Below are positions 16,225-20,000 of a stretch of DNA of 20,000 nt, piece by piece. The notes below the pieces were generated by a model, which saw only the letters and a list, made by a program, of their open reading frames with translations, ran no database searches and was not told the origin of the DNA. Source of the DNA: an uncultured virus (IMG/VR IMGVR_UViG_3300035682_000026) (taxonomy: Duplodnaviria; Heunggongvirae; Uroviricota; Caudoviricetes); IMG/VR virus record IMGVR_UViG_3300035682_000026. The stretch is one strand, 5' to 3'. Within the stretch, counting starts at the first letter, position 1. Each line of letters starts with the position of its first letter. The translations under genes were made by a program, and so were the position numbers.

Positions 16225-17423
16225 TATCCACGTTTAAAAAAAAATTTACTGTTATTCCCATCTTTAATTAACTTGTTACTACCAATTCTTTCAACGGTAT
16301 TGTTACTTTTAGGTTGTGGTACATTTACGGAATAACCTCTTTGACCTTCTTTGATTTCTTTGATATCTTCTAAGGCTATTTTACTTGATGACATCATTGG
16401 ATTATTTGTTGGCATTTCAATTGTTTGTTCTGGAATTGAAACCTCTTCAACTATTGGTAACTCTACAATTTCAGGGTTTACTCCCTCACTTACTCCCTCA
16501 CTTACTCCCTCATTTACAGCATCATTTACAGCATCATTTACAGCATCATGTTCGTGTTCATGTTTTAACTCTTCTAATATTTCTTCTAACACTTCTTTAG
16601 TTGAATCTTTTTTAGGTTCTAATGGTGTGTTTTCGCCAGCTAAATCAAAAGCTTTATTTGTTGCTAATACTAGTGATATAGCTAGAGGGTCAAATACAAA
16701 TATTAATAAAAGTATTAAATAGTTAACAACTTTAGCCATTGGTATTCCTGTAAGTTCTGCTATGTATTTTAGTGGCCCAACTTCTCCAGCAACATCACTA
16801 CTTGATTTCATTTCTAGAGCTTTTACATTATATTTTCCAATTGAATCTGATAAGATAGTATTTTTATTATTTAAAACATCAATTTCACTTGAAAGTTTTT
16901 GTATTTCAGTATTTGCTGATGCAATGTCGCCCCTTACTGAATTTTTATCTCTATTGGATTTAGAACCATCTATTCTACTTTCTTGTGATGTTCTAAGACC
17001 AGATAATTGGTCTAAACGTTTATTTTTAGTATCAATTATTTTTTGGTTATCATCAATATTCTTTTGAAAAATATTTTTCTTACCATCTAAAACACCTAAT
17101 TCACCTTCATGAATCTCAAGTTTATTTGCCGTTTTTTGATAAGCATTTGAAAGAAACCCATAAATACCAGCAGATGTGATTAACATAAGAATAACAACAC
17201 TTATTGTTAAGTAACTTCTTAATAGTTTTGAAAATTTATCCCAATATGTGTGCAAAGCTGTTGTAACAACTAGTTTACCTATTTCTAAAACTGATGCCAT
17301 GATAATTACAGCAAAACTAGCACCAGCAAATAATTGACTAAGACCAAAAATTGAGAAAACGGCAGCACAACCAGCAATAGCTAGGGCCATCATTAACATT
17401 ATATATCTAAATTTTATTTTCAT
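16224..17423 (-). CDS. Membrane protein: 3 TM + long coiled coil + TM + acidic tail (start revised to 17423)
   Basis: FSIFGLSQLFAGA, MASVLEIGKLV, ITSAGIYGFLS, EVGPLKYIA, LIFVFDPLAI; track start 17447 lies in a terminator. Confidence 0.85.
   Translation of the reverse strand: MKIKFRYIMLMMALAIAGCAAVFSIFGLSQLFAGASFAVIIMASVLEIGKLVVTTALHTYWDKFSKLLRSYLTISVVILMLITSAGIYGFLSNAYQKTANKLEIHEGELGVLDGKKNIFQKNIDDNQKIIDTKNKRLDQLSGLRTSQESRIDGSKSNRDKNSVRGDIASANTEIQKLSSEIDVLNNKNTILSDSIGKYNVKALEMKSSSDVAGEVGPLKYIAELTGIPMAKVVNYLILLLIFVFDPLAISLVLATNKAFDLAGENTPLEPKKDSTKEVLEEILEELKHEHEHDAVNDAVNDAVNEGVSEGVSEGVNPEIVELPIVEEVSIPEQTIEMPTNNPMMSSSKIALEDIKEIKEGQRGYSVNVPQPKSNNTVERIGSNKLIKDGNNSKFFFKRG
16478..16549. repeat. 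In-frame 12-bp tandem repeats (3 x TTACTCCCTCAY + 3 x TTACAGCATCAT)
   Basis: Encodes DAVN x3 followed by EGVS EGVS EGVN. Confidence 0.9.
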
Positions 17424-17445
17424 ATTTATAAATATCATATAAAAC

Positions 17446-17470
17446 AAAGATGGGCATAAAGCCCATCTTT
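17446..17470 (-). terminator. Terminator-like hairpin after sigma gene
   Basis: AAAGATGGGC-ataaa-GCCCATCTTT perfect 10-bp stem. Confidence 0.8.
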
Positions 17471-18303
17471 TATTCGTTCATTAAACTATATAACCCATTT
17501 GAATTATAACGTAACTTCATCAATGCTTTATTTTTTATTTGGCGTATTCTTTCTTTAGTTAAATCATATTTTTCACCAATAGCTTCTAACGTCATTGGTT
17601 CTGATTCAGTATTTATACCAAAATAATTTTCAATTATTTCTTTTTCTCTATCATCTAATATACTAAGTGTTTTTTGAAGTTCGTTTTTAACTTTAAAATC
17701 AATTTCTGTTTTATTTTCTACTTCATCTTCATTATTAGGAATTAATTCAATTAATTCATCACCATCTTCATTTATCGTTTCATTTAAAGATAAACATTTT
17801 GGATAATAAATCAAATCCATAACCTCTTTATCTTTATCAAAAATTTCACCATAAACTGGTTCTCTTTCATTAATAAATTCAAATTTAGAAATTTCTTTAT
17901 TTAAATATGTTATTTTGTTAATTATATTAGCAGGTAATCTTACCATTCTAGCATTATCATTTAAACTTTGTAATATTGATTGTCTAATCCACCAAACAGC
18001 ATAGGAAATGAATCTAAAACCTTTTTCATGGTCAAATCTTTTTGCTGCTTTAACAAGACCATAATTACCTTCACTAATTAAATCTGATAAAGGTAATCCT
18101 TGATTTTGATATTCTTTCGCAACTGATATTACGAATTTAAGGTTTGCATTTACCAACAATTCAACTGCTTTGTCATCACCTTCTTTTATTCTTTCTGCTA
18201 ATCTAATTTCCTCACTAGGAGTTAATATTATTGATTTTCTTACATCTTTAAAATATTTTCCAATGTTATCTTCAACATCAAAATTTACATATTTACGACT
18301 CAT
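17470..18303 (-). CDS. RNA polymerase sigma70 factor, RpoD/SigA-like, Bacteroidota type (no region 1.1)
   Basis: LVNANLKFVISVAKEYQNQGLPLSDLISEGN, GFRFISYAVWWIRQSILQSL, TLEAIGEKYDLTKERIRQIK. Confidence 0.95.
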   Translation of the reverse strand: MSRKYVNFDVEDNIGKYFKDVRKSIILTPSEEIRLAERIKEGDDKAVELLVNANLKFVISVAKEYQNQGLPLSDLISEGNYGLVKAAKRFDHEKGFRFISYAVWWIRQSILQSLNDNARMVRLPANIINKITYLNKEISKFEFINEREPVYGEIFDKDKEVMDLIYYPKCLSLNETINEDGDELIELIPNNEDEVENKTEIDFKVKNELQKTLSILDDREKEIIENYFGINTESEPMTLEAIGEKYDLTKERIRQIKNKALMKLRYNSNGLYSLMNE

Positions 18304-18346
18304 TTATTTCTTCATATTTATCTTTTTTTCGTTATGTTAATACTGT

Positions 18347-18384
18347 TAAATATACGACAAAAACACTAAAAGTCAAGTGTTTTT
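18347..18384 (-). promoter_or_regulatory. Variant promoter of sigma gene overlapping a terminator-like inverted repeat
   Basis: TTG (18376-18374), 19 nt, TATATTTA (18354-18347); AAAAACACT/AGTGTTTTT inverted repeat 18359-18384. Confidence 0.5.
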
Positions 18385-18388
18385 CCAA

Positions 18389-18880
18389 TTATTTTGCTAA
18401 AAATGACATAATTTTTTTATCATTTTCGGTAAAATTATTAGCTCCTTTATCAAGGATTTTATCGAACATTTCTTTTTTTTCACTCAATGTTAATTTCATA
18501 ACATCTTCAATTGTTAATTCTTTAGGTTGATGACTTTTCATTTTACTGATTGTTTTAGCATCTTCTATCGTATCTAACAAATCTCTAGCTTTTTCTTCTA
18601 AATTAATTTCATTTAAAAATGAAAATAACCCTTCATGAACATCAGTTTTTGTTACATTAAAACCAGAATTTTCAGTGTTCAAATCAAATACTAGAAAACT
18701 TCTATTATTATCTTTAAACCAATCAGTTAATTCACATGGCTCAAAATTAGATGAAAAGGTAGCTATTAAGATACCTTTTGCATCTAAAACATTTACTTTA
18801 GATTTACTTATTTTTTCAATTTCAGGTAACGCATTTTTAGTTTCACCCATAATAACTACACAATAGTTTCTAAACTTCAT
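18389..18880 (-). CDS. Hypothetical protein
   Basis: 163 aa with its own promoter; C-terminal helical D.ILDK motif. Confidence 0.8.
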   Translation of the reverse strand: MKFRNYCVVIMGETKNALPEIEKISKSKVNVLDAKGILIATFSSNFEPCELTDWFKDNNRSFLVFDLNTENSGFNVTKTDVHEGLFSFLNEINLEEKARDLLDTIEDAKTISKMKSHQPKELTIEDVMKLTLSEKKEMFDKILDKGANNFTENDKKIMSFLAK

Positions 18881-18901
18881 ATCTTTATTTTTTTATTTTA
18901 A

Positions 18902-18933
18902 CAAATATACGATAAAGTTTTGGACTCACCAAA
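18902..18933 (-). promoter_or_regulatory. Bacteroidota-type promoter
   Basis: TTTG (18933-18930), 20 nt, TATATTTG (18909-18902). Confidence 0.75.
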
Positions 18934-20000
18934 CTATTTTATCGTTATTTTTGACACATTATCTGTTTTAGTGACAGTCAGGATGTTATCCGACCAATCC
19001 TTTACCAAGTCATTGTGTGTTATGAAAAATACTATCTCATACATGTCTTTAATCTTATCAAATAGTATTTTAAGCTTCTCTAAGTTATCTGGTGCCACTT
19101 TGCCTAATACTTCATCAAAAGTGATAAAATTAGGCATAGGTAATGTCGACATTTTACCTAATACGCATCTTAATGCAAGACTAGCTGCTGTTTTTTCAAA
19201 ACCACTACCAGCTTTCAAACGTTTAGTTGTATCATCTTTTATCATTAGGAATTGAACTTCATTTTTATCATCCATGTATATTTCAACATCAAAGTCGCAA
19301 ACATCTTCTAAAAGTCTTTGAACTTCAGAATTTATTATTGGTAACACGGAACGCAAAACTAATTTACTAATACCTTTTTTACCAACTAAATCAATATAGA
19401 TTTTATAAATTTTATCAACTTCTTCTTCTTTTTTTATAGCTTCTATTAATTTTTCTTTAACGTCAATATTGCTAGCATTTGATTCAATATCAGAAGTAAC
19501 TCTACCTATTTTACTCATAGTTTCTGTTTTTGTAACTTCAGCAACTTTAATATCTGTTTTCACCTTAGCAACTTCAGAATCAATTTTTCGATTTAATTCA
19601 ATCGCTTCTAGATTTAAATTGTATTTTTTCAAATCATTTGTCTTTGAAGCAAAACTATTTCTTAAAGAACCAATTTCAACTTCGGCCCTATCTTTATCTA
19701 ATTCAAGTCTATTTTTTTCATCAACCAAAACTTTAATTTTATTTAAAGCATCTATTTCATTACCTATAGTTTTAAGATTAGCATCTATTATAAATATCTC
19801 ATCATTCAGTTTTTCTACGCCTAATTCATGTTTTGCTATGTGTTCTGAGTTATCCACATCATCTAATTTTCTATTACAGGATTGACATATTCCACCAGCT
19901 ATTAAACCACTAATAACTTTTTTAACCCTATTAATTTCACTTTCTTTGATAGCTTTATCAGTTGTTTTTTGATTCAAATCTTTGGTTAAAACATAATGTT
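18934..20000 (-). CDS. SbcC/Rad50/T4 gp46-like ATPase, C-terminal part (5' end outside window)
   Basis: Zinc hook CQSC, coiled coil, signature GSGFEK, Walker B ITFDE, H-loop ITH; frame open to the window edge. Confidence 0.92.
   Translation of the reverse strand, partial: HYVLTKDLNQKTTDKAIKESEINRVKKVISGLIAGGICQSCNRKLDDVDNSEHIAKHELGVEKLNDEIFIIDANLKTIGNEIDALNKIKVLVDEKNRLELDKDRAEVEIGSLRNSFASKTNDLKKYNLNLEAIELNRKIDSEVAKVKTDIKVAEVTKTETMSKIGRVTSDIESNASNIDVKEKLIEAIKKEEEVDKIYKIYIDLVGKKGISKLVLRSVLPIINSEVQRLLEDVCDFDVEIYMDDKNEVQFLMIKDDTTKRLKAGSGFEKTAASLALRCVLGKMSTLPMPNFITFDEVLGKVAPDNLEKLKILFDKIKDMYEIVFFITHNDLVKDWSDNILTVTKTDNVSKITIK

Noticed and set aside
16478..16549. CRISPR-like array
   Set aside because: Adjacent 12-bp units without spacers, in frame inside a CDS
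2843..19885. Plus-strand ORFs antisense to real genes (2843, 3410, 3848, 5546, 5999, 7200, 10676, 11170, 12937, 16351, 16385, 16762, 18675, 18920, 19469) and nested 10911-11102
   Set aside because: Ser/Phe/Leu-rich shadows of K/E-rich minus-strand genes, mostly non-ATG starts, no recognisable motifs
1..20000. Stop-codon reassignment (TAG or TGA) as in some large phages
   Set aside because: Conserved genes are intact and dense under code 11; TAG ends dnaJ at the expected place; the rnhB stop is TAA and needs a frame change; TAG readthrough at 10066 does not enter the downstream ORF frame
1..20000. Bacterial chromosome origin (dnaJ, rnhB, sigma, sbcC)
   Set aside because: These genes are interspersed with tail-tube-like, endolysin and many small orphan genes, with no bacterial operon context

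Overview
AT-rich, gene-dense window, almost all on the minus strand, that looks like part of a jumbo/huge tailed phage of a Bacteroidota host. Evidence for the host: repeated TTG-N19/20-TAnnTTTG promoters, a Bacteroidota-type sigma70 and an Hc1 histone-like protein. Recognisable genes: DnaJ, a tail-tube-like paralogue, a DUF2828 (Ro/TROVE-like vWA) protein, RNase HII, a GH19 endolysin, an ArdC/zincin fusion, spanin-like pair, degenerate amidase, sigma70 and the 3' part of an SbcC/Rad50 ATPase. The strongest anomaly is RNase HII, split inside its catalytic motif (GIDEVG-TAA-TT-GRGCGAGP) by an 8-nt gap between two Gly codons, with a GC-rich hairpin ending at the first Gly codon: a candidate programmed translational bypass. 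Other candidates: a ~150-nt 5'/3'-paired, Y-RNA-like ncRNA behind the Ro-like gene; an A10 slippage/-1 frameshift joining two ORFs; a late-promoter-like ATATTTAT motif; and an ArdC-metalloprotease cargo on a probable head-packaged polyprotein. All family calls come from motif recognition; no searches were run.
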